Shown here: piece after piece, positions 1 to 12,500 of the stretch | Numbering within the stretch: position 1 is the first letter of the stretch | How the letters are laid out: each line of letters opens with the position of its first letter | Assembly: GCA_002269645.1 (NCBI GenBank) | Contig: NIVC01000301.1 | Location: forward strand, 356,460-420,459 | Length of the DNA stretch: 64,000 bases | Reading direction: 5' to 3' | DNA from: Macrostomum lignano | Taxonomy: Eukaryota | The notes under the pieces: generated by a model | Seen by the model: only the letters and a program-made list of their open reading frames with translations | Databases searched by the model: none | Told to the model about the DNA's origin: nothing | Translations under genes and position numbers: made by a program

Positions 1-30
1 ACAATTTTGATTTGTAAACTTTCGTGCTTG

Positions 31-437
31 TGAAGTGTCGAGCTTGTGAAGTATCAAGCTCATGAAGTATCAAGCTCATGAAGTATCAAGCTTGTGAAGT
101 ATCAAGCTTGTGAAGTATCAAGCTCATGAAGTATCAAGCTCATGAAGTATCAAGCTTGTGAAGTATCAAGCTCATGAAGTATCAAGCTTGTGAAGTATCA
201 AGCTCATGAAGTATCAAGCTCATGAAGTATCAAGCTCATGAAGTATCAAGCTTGTGAAGTATCAAGCTCATGAAGTATCAAGCTTGTGAAGTATCAAGCT
301 CATGAAGTATCAAGCTCATGAAGTATCAAGCTCATGAAGTATCAAGCTCATGAAGTATCAAGCTCATGAAGTATCAAGCTTGTGAAGTATCAAGCTCATG
401 AAGTATCAAGCTCATGAAGTATCAAGCTCATGAAGTA
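31..437. repeat. 16-bp minisatellite (TGAAGTATCAAGCTCA / ...CTTG), ~25 copies
   Basis: Directly visible tandem array with two alternating unit variants. Confidence 0.95.
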
Positions 438-3400
438 TTAGTTTGTGAAGTTTAGAGTATACAAAGCTCTGAATTTCTTAAATAGATAATCAACTTTCAT
501 CCAATTTGATTTAAGCTCCAACAAAAAATTGAACAATTGTTTGCATCACTTCTGGTCAATGTCGGCCCATTGGAGGGAGGGAAAAATGACAGGGACCTAT
601 AATACATAATATTCTATGTATTATTAATATTGACAACAGACAATCAGACATTGATTACATTTGAGCTGGACTAAATCCTAGACTCAATGAATAAGTTAAG
701 CCGAATTTAATGATAATAACTTGCCTCAGATGGATTATAGTACTTAAAACAAAGTGTTTCAGTTGGTGGCGCATCAGGGCAATATTGAATTTTTCCAATG
801 CCTACAAAGTCATTTAAACAATTAATTGACAGTTAGCAAAATTAAAACATTCTATTAAAAGACCTATGCAATTTTGCAATTATATTAAAAAGCAAATTAA
901 TAGAAGTGAGCATATACCAGGAAAATATTCAACCTTCTCTGCCATGATTCAAGAAAGCTGAAAGGTGGATAAAATATAGATAGTCAAGCTAAAATTATTA
1001 ATTTTCATATCCCAATAAAATAATTATATATTATATATTAATTATTATTATATATTATTATACTAGGTACTATTTTCTAACATACGAGATTCTAGTAAAT
1101 TTTAATTTAACTATTAAAAAGGGTTTTTATTTCATTCATCTGATGACCAGTTTGTCTGCTAAGTAGTTGAAAAGCTTTTTTCTTAAAAAAACTGATCATC
1201 CATTAGGGAAATAGGAGTGAGGAAAGGAGTTTGGTAGGATGGGGTAGGGAACTGGTTTTACAGTGTCTTTTTATTATTGTTAAAATGCTATGGGTTCTAT
1301 CATTTTAACAAACAATTTCAGGATATACATGTAACATCTATACAGAAAGATTAGTTTCTTTTTCTATCTTTTTTTAATCAATAAGCTTGATTAGAAACCC
1401 GTGGAACAAAAACCATTCAATAAAATTGATAAAATTATCAATGTTTTTTTTCTTATTCAATAATTCTTAAATGCAAGACATGTCATTTTAAATCTAAGGT
1501 TGTTGCATACTATGTTTCCCTCTTTTTAAAACCCTTCTCCTAAATGGCATGTCTATAAGCTAGAATAGATTATCATATTTGAAGAGACTAACCTCTGCAG
1601 TATTTTAACTATATCAACAAAGAGATCATTAGGCAGCTCCCATCTCACTCTACATTTCTACCCTTATTTCTTAGCAGATAAATTGTCAGTAGACAAAATG
1701 ACTTTCCCTTTAAAAATTACCCTCCAAGACTATATAAAAAATCATATTATAATAAAATTATAAAATTTAAAATTATAAAAATTATAAAATTAAAAAACAT
1801 AAAATTAATTTGTTTAAACAGTAATCACAATGAAAAATAATAAAGATAATTTATTTGTATTCCCTATACTTAACTGAAAGCAAAGTCAAAGATGAAAAAG
1901 ATTTATTTGCTTAATAGACTTTACAAAATCTATATCATTTTAGCATAGAAAGCTATAAAAAATATCTAGCAATAAGATTACAAAAATTAATCATGAATAA
2001 AAAATGCAATAAACAAAAAGAGATTTAGAGCAATTGGACATTTGGTGGCAAGTGGAAAAATGGCAAGTGGCAAGGGGATAAGACCATAGGCATAGTCATA
2101 AAAGAGGTAAAAGAGGACAGAATATTTTACTAATAATTTTTCTGGGTCTACTGCAAAATATACCATCATAAAAAGCATCATGTTCATGTCAAGCAAAAAA
2201 GAAGCATCATTCAAACATCAAAGAAGCATCATGAAAAAGGCTTAAGGGTATTGCTGAGAATGAGATGTGAAGGCAAATAGGATACACAAATAAATTTCTT
2301 TCCTTGCTTATTGGCCTTCCCGAAGGAAGATTGCTAGTAATAGTAACTAGTCTAAATTTCAGGTCTAAATTAACCAAGTTCCTACAATTATACAATCAAT
2401 CCATGGCAAAAATCAACATTATTGCTAATAATATGAAAACTACATACACCAATATGAGTACTAAAAATGACTAGTGGGCGTCAGTATTATGAATAGAAGA
2501 AAATTGTAAGGTTAAATTATTATATTTTATTGGTTACATTTAGTTCATAACATAGTTCAGTTCAATACAGAATCTCTTATTTTTTCTTAACTTTCTTGGA
2601 AAGTTTTTTTTTGAAATAGCGCTACCTTAAAATAGTTTATGTTTTTGTTTTATTCAGTTAATATTTAAACAATTGCACATAATTCAATGTGTTCATAGAA
2701 AAATGGAAATTTTTACTTTAACTGTTTCTGATATTGTTATACAAATTTAAATAGATTTATACATTTGAATTGAATATATACACATTTGCAGTGTAGATTA
2801 ATCGCGTGCGATCTGCTGCACCAGCGCAGGCCTGCACAATAAAAAAGTACGTTTGTTGCAAATTGATAACTTTGCAATGCAATTACATAGTCAGAAAAAA
2901 TCAAATAATTTACACTAAAATGAGTTGTCTGTATGTATGTTTCTATCTGTATATGCGATTGATTGAAACTTTTATAAATCTATATATCTGGCTGGCATTC
3001 TTGCTTTCATTTATTCATTGACATTGGGATTAGGATGATAATAAACTATGTCATATTTTTCATGGAAATAGAACTGATACTCAAATATAGGGTAGGGGCT
3101 TTTGTGCTTTTAAAGTTATTAAACAAAGCATTAAATTTTAATTTTAAGTCATTAAAAATATAGGCAGGGACCTAGGAAGAAAAAGGAATTAAAGACACTG
3201 ACTAGAGATACTATATAGTAGAAAAAGGCAAAAAATAATTTTCTATAGTCCCCGATGCATTTTAGGCCTAAGCCTGATGCTGACTTTTTTAAATGTATTG
3301 TTGCAAAGGTTTTAGCTATTTTAGCCATAGGCCTATTATATTAATTTTTATCAATAGGCCTAGAAAATGAAAATGGGTTAAAAATCTAAAAAATAAAAGC

Positions 3401-4376
3401 ATTTAAAGGCCCCCTAGGCCTAGGGCCTATTAAAGCATATATAGGCCCCTAGACTTATATATGCTTTAATATAGAAATTGGTTCAATAAAAAATTATATC
3501 ATAAATATTTGTAAAAACAAGTTTTTGGGCATGAATGATCATAGATAGTTTCTAATACTAATAGGCTTATAAATAGCAAAAATATTGAAAATTGAAGTTA
3601 CAATACACAATAGGCCCTAAGTTCTAACTTTTTATTATTTGACCTATTTTCAAAAGTAAAGTCTTTTGTTTTTGTTTAGGCAAATAAGGTTTAGAATAAA
3701 GAATAGAATAAAATAATTCTATGGGCTAAATGTTACTAGTGCCTATAATTAGATTATTAATAAAAAATCAGGACTAATTTCTTATAATGTCCAGAGTGAA
3801 GAGGCAGAGACAGGGATGGATTTAAGGGGGGGGGGGCAGCTGCCCCCCTTCAAAATTTTGGTCATGGGTTTTTGGCGTTCCCCCACTGATGCCCACACCA
3901 ACCTTAACAAGATTCAACCAGGTTCCTTATGCCTGACATCTGCGCGATCCCCATTCCGTCATTGGCCCACCCTATATAAAGATTTTCAGCTCCCGCTCTT
4001 CCCTCCCAACCAAGACTAGATAGAAGACAGCAGAGGGTAATAAAATTGTTTTTCCAAGAAATCTTATGCTCATAAGTATATGTACAGCCAGGAAGACCCA
4101 AAGTCTAAGTGCTGAATCACTGCCACACTCCCAGCTCACAAGTTCTTAATGTACATGCACCTCGCCCCAGTCAGCTAGCATATAGCACTAATGTACTGGC
4201 ACTCGCCAGGATCCAGAGAATGATTAAACCGAATATAAGAGGACAGCACTGGAGTCTTGGATCATTAAGATAGACACTGGTAGAGGAAAAAACGTGCTTA
4301 CAGCTTATTTCAAAAGCCACTGACAGTCACGGTCTTTATATTACTGTATATTTAAGCTGCTTCAGGCCTTCAGTAA

Positions 4377-6671
4377 ATGAAGCGAAAAAGCTCAGGCGCA
4401 GAAAATCGACGCAAGAAGCGCGTCAAGCTGCTTGAAAGGAAGGGCTGCACAATGCGACAGCATTTCAAAATTTTTAATAACAACTGTAAAAGTAACGGAG
4501 ATCTCTGCTGCAACCACTGGCGCCCCTGGTGCGACAGCTGGCACCCCTGCTGCGACTGCTGGCACTCCTGCTACGACCGCTGGCGCCCCTGCTGCAACCG
4601 CTGGCGTCCCTGATGCAGTGCCGGGCGTTCCTGCTGCAACCGCTGGCGCCCCTGCTGCGACCGCTGGCGCCCCTGCTGCGACTGCTGGCGCCCCTGCTGC
4701 GACCGCTGGCGCCCCTGCTACGACCGCTGGCGCCCCTGCTGCGACCGCTGGCGTCCCTGATGCGACCGCTGGCGTCCCTGATGCAGTGTTGGGCGTTCCT
4801 GCTGCAACCACTGGCGCCCCTGCTGCGATCGCTGGCGCCCCTGCTGCGACCACTGTTGTCAAACAACTGGACAGCAACAGGAAGCGACAGGCAGAGGAGA
4901 ATCGCGAGCGTCTGCGGCCAATCGTCAAAACCATTGCTGTGTGGCAGGCAGAACATTCCGCTTCGTGGACATCGGGATGATGGACCACTTCTTGCTGAAG
5001 ACTACAGCAAGTCACTGACAGCAGCAAGTTTGGGAAATTTTCGTGCTCTGCTGCAGTTCCGCATCGAGGCTGGCGACAAAGCGCTGCAGTGCCATCTGGA
5101 GAACACAGCTGCCAATGCGACGTACATTAGCAAAACAACTCAAAATGACCTCATTGAAGCTGCTGGCGTTCAGGAGACTCTGGTAGCTAGGGTGAACGCA
5201 GCAAAATATTTCTCTGCTAGTAGACGAGACATGCAACGTCTCCAAGAAGGAACAGATGGCAGTCGCTGCGCGGTATGTGGATGCAGACAACATCGTCCGA
5301 GAAGATTTCCTTGGATTTGTGCACGTCAGAGACCAATCTGGTGCAGCCATTGCTGCCTCGATTTTTGAATTCTTGGAGAAGCTGGGAATCGATCATCACC
5401 AGCTTGTCGGCCAAGGTTACGACGGCGCCGCTGCTATGTGGGGCCAGTTCATTGTGTGCAAGCGCATGTGCAGCAGAAGTGTCCGTCAGCCCGCTACGTT
5501 CACTGTGCCAGCCATTGCCTGAATCTTGTGCTCGTCCACGCCTGCCGAGTTCCCAATTTTCGCAATGCTCTCGGCGTTGTGACAGAAGTTGTCAATTTTG
5601 TCGACGCATCACCAAAGCGCCTATAGCTATTTGAGGACATTGCAAGCCAAAATGCTGGGACTGGTCGCCAACGTAGATTGCAGGCTCTGTGTGAAACACG
5701 ATGGGTCGAACGACACGATGCTGTGCTAGTCTTCTTCCAGCACTTCGCCTCCATCGTCGGGTTTCTCGAGTTCTGGGAGTCCAGCTCGACACTTGATGCG
5801 CGAACAACAGCAAAGGCGCACATTCTGAAGGCAGCCTGCTCAGCCCCGAATTTCATTGTGGCATTGAGCGTCATGCGTGAAGTTATGAGCGTAACAAAGC
5901 CGCTCTCCAGCTATCTACAGAAAGTTGGCATTGACCTCTTCATGGCTGACAAGCACATCCGAAGCGTTCGCAACGCATTGCAGAAGCGTCAGGAGGAGGC
6001 CGAGCAATCTTTTAAAAGTGTGTGGTCGGCTGCGTGCGAAGCATCAGCTGCAGCAGGCGTTGAGTTGTGCGTTCCACGCTTGCGCTGTGTTGCACGAGGC
6101 CGAGGTGGGCAGCCACATCACAGCGAAACACCTGAAGATCACTTTCGGCTCAGCACTTACTGTCCATTTCTGCAGCAGATCCTAGCTCAGTTCGATGCCG
6201 CTTCAATGAACAGAATTCCATGCTTCTGCGACTGACGTGTCTGCTTCCAAGGTACATCCAGCTGTACGATTTTGAAGATCTGAAGCCCGTTGTTGAGCAG
6301 TTGGCAGCTTTTTGGAAGGCAGCGACATTGTTGCTGGTGAGTTCGACTGCTGGAGGAACCTGTGGAAGGGCCAAAAATCAAGCCCGAAGGCAGACACGGC
6401 GATCAGTGCCCTGGCCAACTGCGGCACAAATTTCTTTCCAAACATTTTTGCACTGCTGAAAATTGCCGCAACACTGCCAATAACGACTGCCACCGTGGAG
6501 AGATCATTCTCCAGCCTTCGCTTGCTGAAGACGTATCTGCAAGCCACAATGGACCAATCAAGGCTAGTGGGTTTGGCTCTGCTGTACATCCATTCCGACG
6601 TTGCAGTCGATCCAGATCGGGTCATCGATCGATTTTGCATGAGTAACTGCCACACGGATTTTGCAGTGTAA
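4377..6671 (+). pseudogene. hAT transposase pseudogene (DUF4371 + C-terminal dimerisation domain)
   Basis: Fragments in several frames: MKRKSSGAENRRKK; ENRERLRPIVKT / CGRQNIPLRGHRDDG; VGQGYDGAA; YVHCASHCLNL; LCETRWVERH; FPNIFALLKIAATLPITTATVERSFSSLRLLKTYLQATMDQSRLVGLALLYIH. Several frameshifts and an in-frame TAG at 5624-5626. Confidence 0.92.
4505..4855 (+). repeat. 21-bp minisatellite (GCTGGCGCCCCTGCTGCGACC) encoding AGAPAAT inside the transposase
   Basis: About 16 copies, in the same frame as the downstream ENRERLRPIVKT transposase segment (ORF 4432-4980). Confidence 0.9.
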
Positions 6672-8749
6672 ATTTTGCCACCCCCGCGTGACTCTGTAAC
6701 TGTAACTGACTCTGTCTCTCAGTTTCTCTCTTCCATGCTCTTCCATGTGCGCTGAATTGCTTTTCCTCTCTCCCCTTTTTCCTGGTTGATCAATGAAGCA
6801 ACCAGAGGACCACTTGGATGGACCATAGACTAAGTTGTTGAAGCTGTAGTTAGGGGTTGCTAGAAGCTAGCGCAAAATTGTCTCTTAGGATTCATCTAAA
6901 GTTATGAGCTCTGCAATTCTTCGTTTGTTTCACTTTACCTACAATTTTCTGAATTCCTGTCCATCTGTCATCAAAATTTATTTTTAGTTTATATTTTATT
7001 ATATTTTTATATATTTATAGATTATATATATATATATATATTTATAGATTATATTTTTAGTAAAAATAGAAATTAACCTATGTATATAATACCAAGGTAG
7101 TAATTGAACTTTTGTTTTAAAGGCTTATTACTCATATTTCCCAAAAACCCAAAACTTCTTAAAATGAAAAGTTGTTATATATAAACTTTTTTAAATTGGT
7201 TTATTAGTTTAATACAATTAGTAACTATTATAAAATCACAATATCAAATTTTAGTTAAGTGTAAGCTTATAGCAAAAGCTTGAACTATAGCATTTTTTAG
7301 TATCTAGCATAATGTAGCCATAGTATTGTAATAGGCTTCATTTTAGCAGACTAAATTTCTTAGAAATGTATAATTTCAAAACTCTATTATTTTTTATACT
7401 CTACAAATTTGAAATATTAGAAATATTTTGTATATTTTATATATGTTATTTTGTTTAAAATAGTAGGGAGAAATGTTACTATAAATAGGGGCCAAGTCAA
7501 ATAAATCGTCATTGTCTCTGATTGAACAATAACTGATCTTATAATCATAGCTTGCTTAGCGTCTCTTCAGCTATTCTATTTGGAGAAGAAATCCAATCAG
7601 CCTCAGGCTAGTATTTGCTTTTGTGTTACTTAATTCAAATAGTAGATAGCAACTTAGAAGTAGCCCCAAGGTTTGGAGAATTCAATTTGTTCTGAGAGAA
7701 CAAGATATCCAGATTTAGAATCTGAGAAATCTGATTCTGATCTGAGAAATCTAAAATCTGATTAGAATCTGAGAAAAAATCTGAATCTGAGAATCCTACC
7801 AAAGGGTAGATAATCCAGACTCAGAGTCTGAGAAACCCGCCTCAGGGCAAAATACCCAGCAAGTGAGCTGTGACCCTTTGATCCTAGTAACATCCAGGAC
7901 TGAGACAATAAAACCTTTAGAGAGGAGCATAGAGTATAGGATAGACTGCCATTAGATCGCTCAGGCTAGAAGTACAGTACATGTATAAATGCTACCAGTA
8001 GACAAATACATACACTATCAATATAAAAGTAAAAGCACTACTAACAGATATATAAGTACTGGCTATAAGTATATTCATGCGCTACCAATAAAAGTACATA
8101 GATAATAGCAGTAAGACAATTGCAGAAGATAGAACTTAGCCCTGTTACAGCTTTGATGACAGCCGTGAATTTATTCTAGAAGACAGAAGTTATCATAGAA
8201 GCCCACCTGTCAATATATGCTAATTCATTTGCTTAATTATTAAAACCTATTGCATGGTGACCTTCATCAAACAATTTGCAATTCAAACAAATATTTTACA
8301 ATGCTTTCATTTCTGTACTCAAAGTGCAGGCATTCAAAATTGCAAACCAAACTGTATGTTGGACTTTTTGTAATAACAAGTTTCTGGGCAATTTTAGGTA
8401 AGTTTTGATTGATTTATCTAGTTAATGATATAAATTATTTTTCATGTAAAATTAAACACACTGTTTTGCCTCTTTTTGAATATGGGCAGTGAGAAACTTT
8501 GCATTTTTTGAATGCAGCCATTTTATTTTAACAAAAAGGCAACCATGCCTGATAGACTAAGCAGTGATGGATTGATAGATTGGTGTAGGGGGTCGATCCT
8601 GGGGCTGAAGACTCGTGGGATAGGCCTGCACTTTGGTAAAATTCACTTAGGCCACCTTTCTATTTTTCTAGGCCTCCACCGAAGTTACACTAAGTTTTAC
8701 ACAAATGTGACAGTCGTGGACAGTAATTAATGACACTGCCTGACAGTTC

Positions 8750-9360
8750 AAGTGACACTGCCACCTGACACTCATCTGACACTCACCTGACACTCTGACA
8801 CTCCTCATTTGACACTCATCTGACACTCATCTGACACTCATCTGACACTCGTCTGACACTCATCTGACACTCATCTGACACTCATCTGACACTCATCTGA
8901 CACTCTGACACTCCTCATCTGACACTCGTCTGACACTCATCTGACACTCATCTGACACTCGTCTGACACTCGTCTGACACTCATCTGACACTCATCTGAC
9001 ACTCATCTGACACTCTGACACTCCTCATCTGACACTCGTCTGACACTCATCTGACACTCGTCTGACACTCATCTGACACTCATCTGACACTCATCTGACA
9101 CTCTGACACTCCTCATCTGACACTCGTCTGACACTTATCTGACACTCATCTGACACTCATCTGACACTCATCTGACACTCCTCATCTAACACTTCTCACC
9201 TTACACTCATCTGACACTGACACTCGTCTGACACTCATCTGACACTCCTCATCTAACACTTCTCACCTTACACTCATCTGACACTGACACTCGTCTGACA
9301 CTCATCTGACACTCCTCATCTATCACTCCTCACCTGACACTCATCTAACTCGTCTGACAC
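8750..9360. repeat. 11-bp minisatellite (CTGACACTCAT), probably intronic
   Basis: Visible tandem array upstream of the first recovered hexosaminidase exon. Confidence 0.95.
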
Positions 9361-9528
9361 TTGGAATCAAAAGTGAATATTCGTACTGCTGGAATTGAAG
9401 CAAATGAAATTGAAGCGACCTGATTGGTATTGCGTGATTGACTGCATTTGCTCTCAATCCATCTGCTTGAGCTCCAGCATCGCACTAAGACCCCCAAAAA
9501 CCCAAACCAATCTGCACCACCCACGCAG

Positions 9529-12500
9529 TGCTCGCAAATGCCTTTAACGCAAAGCCATCGACCAGCGATTTGGAGTCCAGACAGGCGCTTCGCCAGCTTG
9601 CAGCCCAGCTGAATTTAACCTTCAGCGTCATTAGCAACACAAAGCGCAATCACACGGCTCGCATTACGCTGAGGAATCCACTTAGCGGCGTCTGGCTTGG
9701 CGCTGGTATCCGCTGGCGCCTGTACTTCTCCTTGATGCGCCCGGTGCATCAGGTCATCGACGGGCCATTCCGCCTGACCCACCAGAACGGCTATCTCCAC
9801 CAGCTGGAGCCCGTGGGCGACCTGGCCACAGGCGGGCTGGCGCCAGGCGGCGAGTACAGCATCCGGTATGTCGGCAAGGCCAACATGCTGGGCCGGTTCG
9901 ATGCCTTCCCCAACTGGTACGCAGTGCTGGTTAACAAATCCGGCTTGGAGGTGGCCGCCGAAGTCCTGGCCGTGACAGCCAGCGAAGCGTTGGACTTTGT
10001 GAACCCGCTGACCAGGCCTGAGCAGTACAAGACTGGTCCGGATGATGTCAATGAGCCGTGGACTCCGTTCAAGAGGTTTGCGCCTGTAGCTGACTTATAG
10101 CACCAGCTGGCCAGCAGCCTGTGGTGTTTAATTGAGCCGCTAATCATCACAACAGGGGGGGGGTTGTAGCCTAGTGGTTAGAGCGTCGGACTCTTGACTG
10201 GAAGGTCGGGGGTTCGATTCTCGATCTACTCGAAACAATTTGTGTCGAGCAAGATACTCAACTTTGCATTGCAGTTGGTGGTGCGGCTAGTTAGTAGATT
10301 TGGTAGTGTAGCTGGTGGTGTAGAGTTGGCAGTGCAGCTGGTAGTGTAGAGTTGGCAGTGCAGCTGGTAGTTTAGAGTTGGCGGTGCAGCTGGTAGTGTA
10401 GAGTTTGCAGTACAGCTGGTAGTGTAGAGTTGGCAGTGCAGCTGTTACTGATAGTGGATTTGGCAGTGCGCCAATAGCACTAAAAATTTCCCGCTGTCCT
10501 CACCGCAGAGCGGAGATCCAAGCCGGCTACCTGGGTAATGAGCGGCCCGGGCCCCAGCTGGTCCGCCTGGTGCCGAAGCCTGCGCTGGCCGAGCCGCTGG
10601 GCGGTGAGCAGCGGCCGCCGAGCACTGACTGTCTCCTGGCCGGCCTCAACGTAGCTTCTTCATCGTCTGGTGGGGACAGCAGCGGCTGCAAACCTGCCGG
10701 TTCCTCCGAGGCAGCCGGGCTGCTGCGAGAAGCAGCCGCAGAGGCCGCGGCTGCAGCTGCTGGTGGGCCCTGCACAGCCGGCGAGATGAACCTCCCCCGC
10801 TGGACGGCCAGCCTGCAGCTCTGCGATAACAGCAGCAGCAAGTTCGGCAAGCTGCTGACCAACCTGACACCGGGCCAGGCTTCTGAGGCCTACGAGCTGC
10901 TGCTTGATCCGAAGGTGGGCAATTGGAAGAATTTCACCTCACAAACAGGCCTCATTAAGTCCAACAAGCCTCACAGCACAGGCCTCATTAAGTCCCAACA
11001 AACCTCACAAACAGGCCTCATTAAGTCCCAACAAACCTCACAAACAGGCCTCATTAAGTCCTAACAAGCCTCACAGCACAGGCCTCATTAAGTCCCAACA
11101 AACCTCACAAACAGGCCTCATTAAGTCCCAACAAACCTCACAAACAGGCCTCATTAAGTCCTAACAAGCCTCACAAACAGGCCTCATTAAGTCCCAACAA
11201 ACCTCACAAACAGGCCTCATTAAGTCCCAACAAACCTCACAAACAGGCCTCATTAAGTCCCAACAAACCTCACAAACAGGCCTCATTAAGTCCCAACAAA
11301 CCTCACAAACAGGCCTCATTAAGTCCCAACAAACCTCACAAACAGGCCTCATTAAGTCCCATCTTCCAAAAACCGACCTCTTCCCCATCCACCCAGTCGG
11401 GCCAGGCCGTCCTGTCCGCAGCCACCCCTGTCGGCCTGTTCTGGGCCGCCCAGTCGCTGGTGTCGCTGCTGCAGCCCGGAGGTCGTCTGGCCGTCCGCCG
11501 CCTGTTCGACTATCCCCGCTCGCAATACCGCGGCCTCATGCTGGACGTGGCCCGCAACTTCCTGTCAGTCGAGGAAGTCGTTCGCCTTATCGACGCCATG
11601 TCGGCCTGGAAGCTCAACCGTCTCCATCTTCACTTGTCCGACGACGAGGGCCTCCGACTGCCGCTGACCGCCGCGTTCCCGGCCGCCAGCCGGCGGTGCC
11701 ACCCGCTGAGCGGCGAGGCCTCCGACCAGCCGGTCTGCGCGCAGCCGCCCCAGCTGGGCTCTCACCCGACTCAGTGGGGCGCCCCGCCAGGCTGCGGCAG
11801 CTACAGCGCCCAAGACTACGCAGCCATCCTGCGCCATTCTGCCAGCCGCTTTGTCCGGGTGGTGCCAGAGCTGGACACACCGGCCCATTCTCTGGCTGCT
11901 ATACTGGCTATGAAGGTTTCACCGCTGTCCTTGATATTGTGGGGGATGGGGTTTTGTGAGGTATGGGATTTGGTCGGGGGTGGTATTTCGTGAGGTATGG
12001 GATTTCATGAGTTATGGGAATTCTTTGGGTATGGGATTTCATTAGGTATGGGATTTGTGAGGTATGGGATTTCGTAAGTTATGGGAATGGGATTTCGTGA
12101 GTTATGGAAATGGGATTCCGTGGGGTATGGGATTCCGTGAGGTATGGGATTTCGGGGCGTATGGGATTTCGGTAGGTATGAGCTTTACAAGACGTAGGAT
12201 TTTGTAGTATTGGGTTTGTTTGGTGTGGGATTTTGCGAAAATATGATACACGAAATTCTGTTTCTGATGGGATTTTCTTCCAGTGATTTGTAATCTATCT
12301 ACTAGAAGTAGCCAGAAAGCGAATGACTAAAATTTCTACGCCAATTCGCACCGCAAGGCGCAGGGCGTGGACCTGACAGACCCGGAGGATCCAGGCGGCC
12401 AGCCGAGCCCGCAGGCCTTCACCAACAACAGCGTGAATCCGTGCCTTCCAGCTGGCGCCCAGTACATTCTGGACCTGATGCGGGGCGTCAGCAAGCTGCA

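Larger units (their letters stand above)
3811..6671 (+). mobile_element. Degenerate hAT-superfamily DNA transposon (ZMYM1/PRKRIR-like transposase); right end not located
   Basis: Begins with a hAT-like terminus CAGGGATGGATTTAAGGGGG at 3811, followed by a transposase pseudogene. I found no matching right TIR. Confidence 0.75.

Noticed and set aside
4432-4980. Antifreeze-glycoprotein- or mucin-like gene from the Ala/Thr-rich repeat
   Set aside because: It has no signal peptide and is embedded in a frameshifted hAT transposase.
10155-10235. Functional tRNA-Lys gene
   Set aside because: The anticodon and acceptor stems do not pair, and it continues into a SINE-like body.
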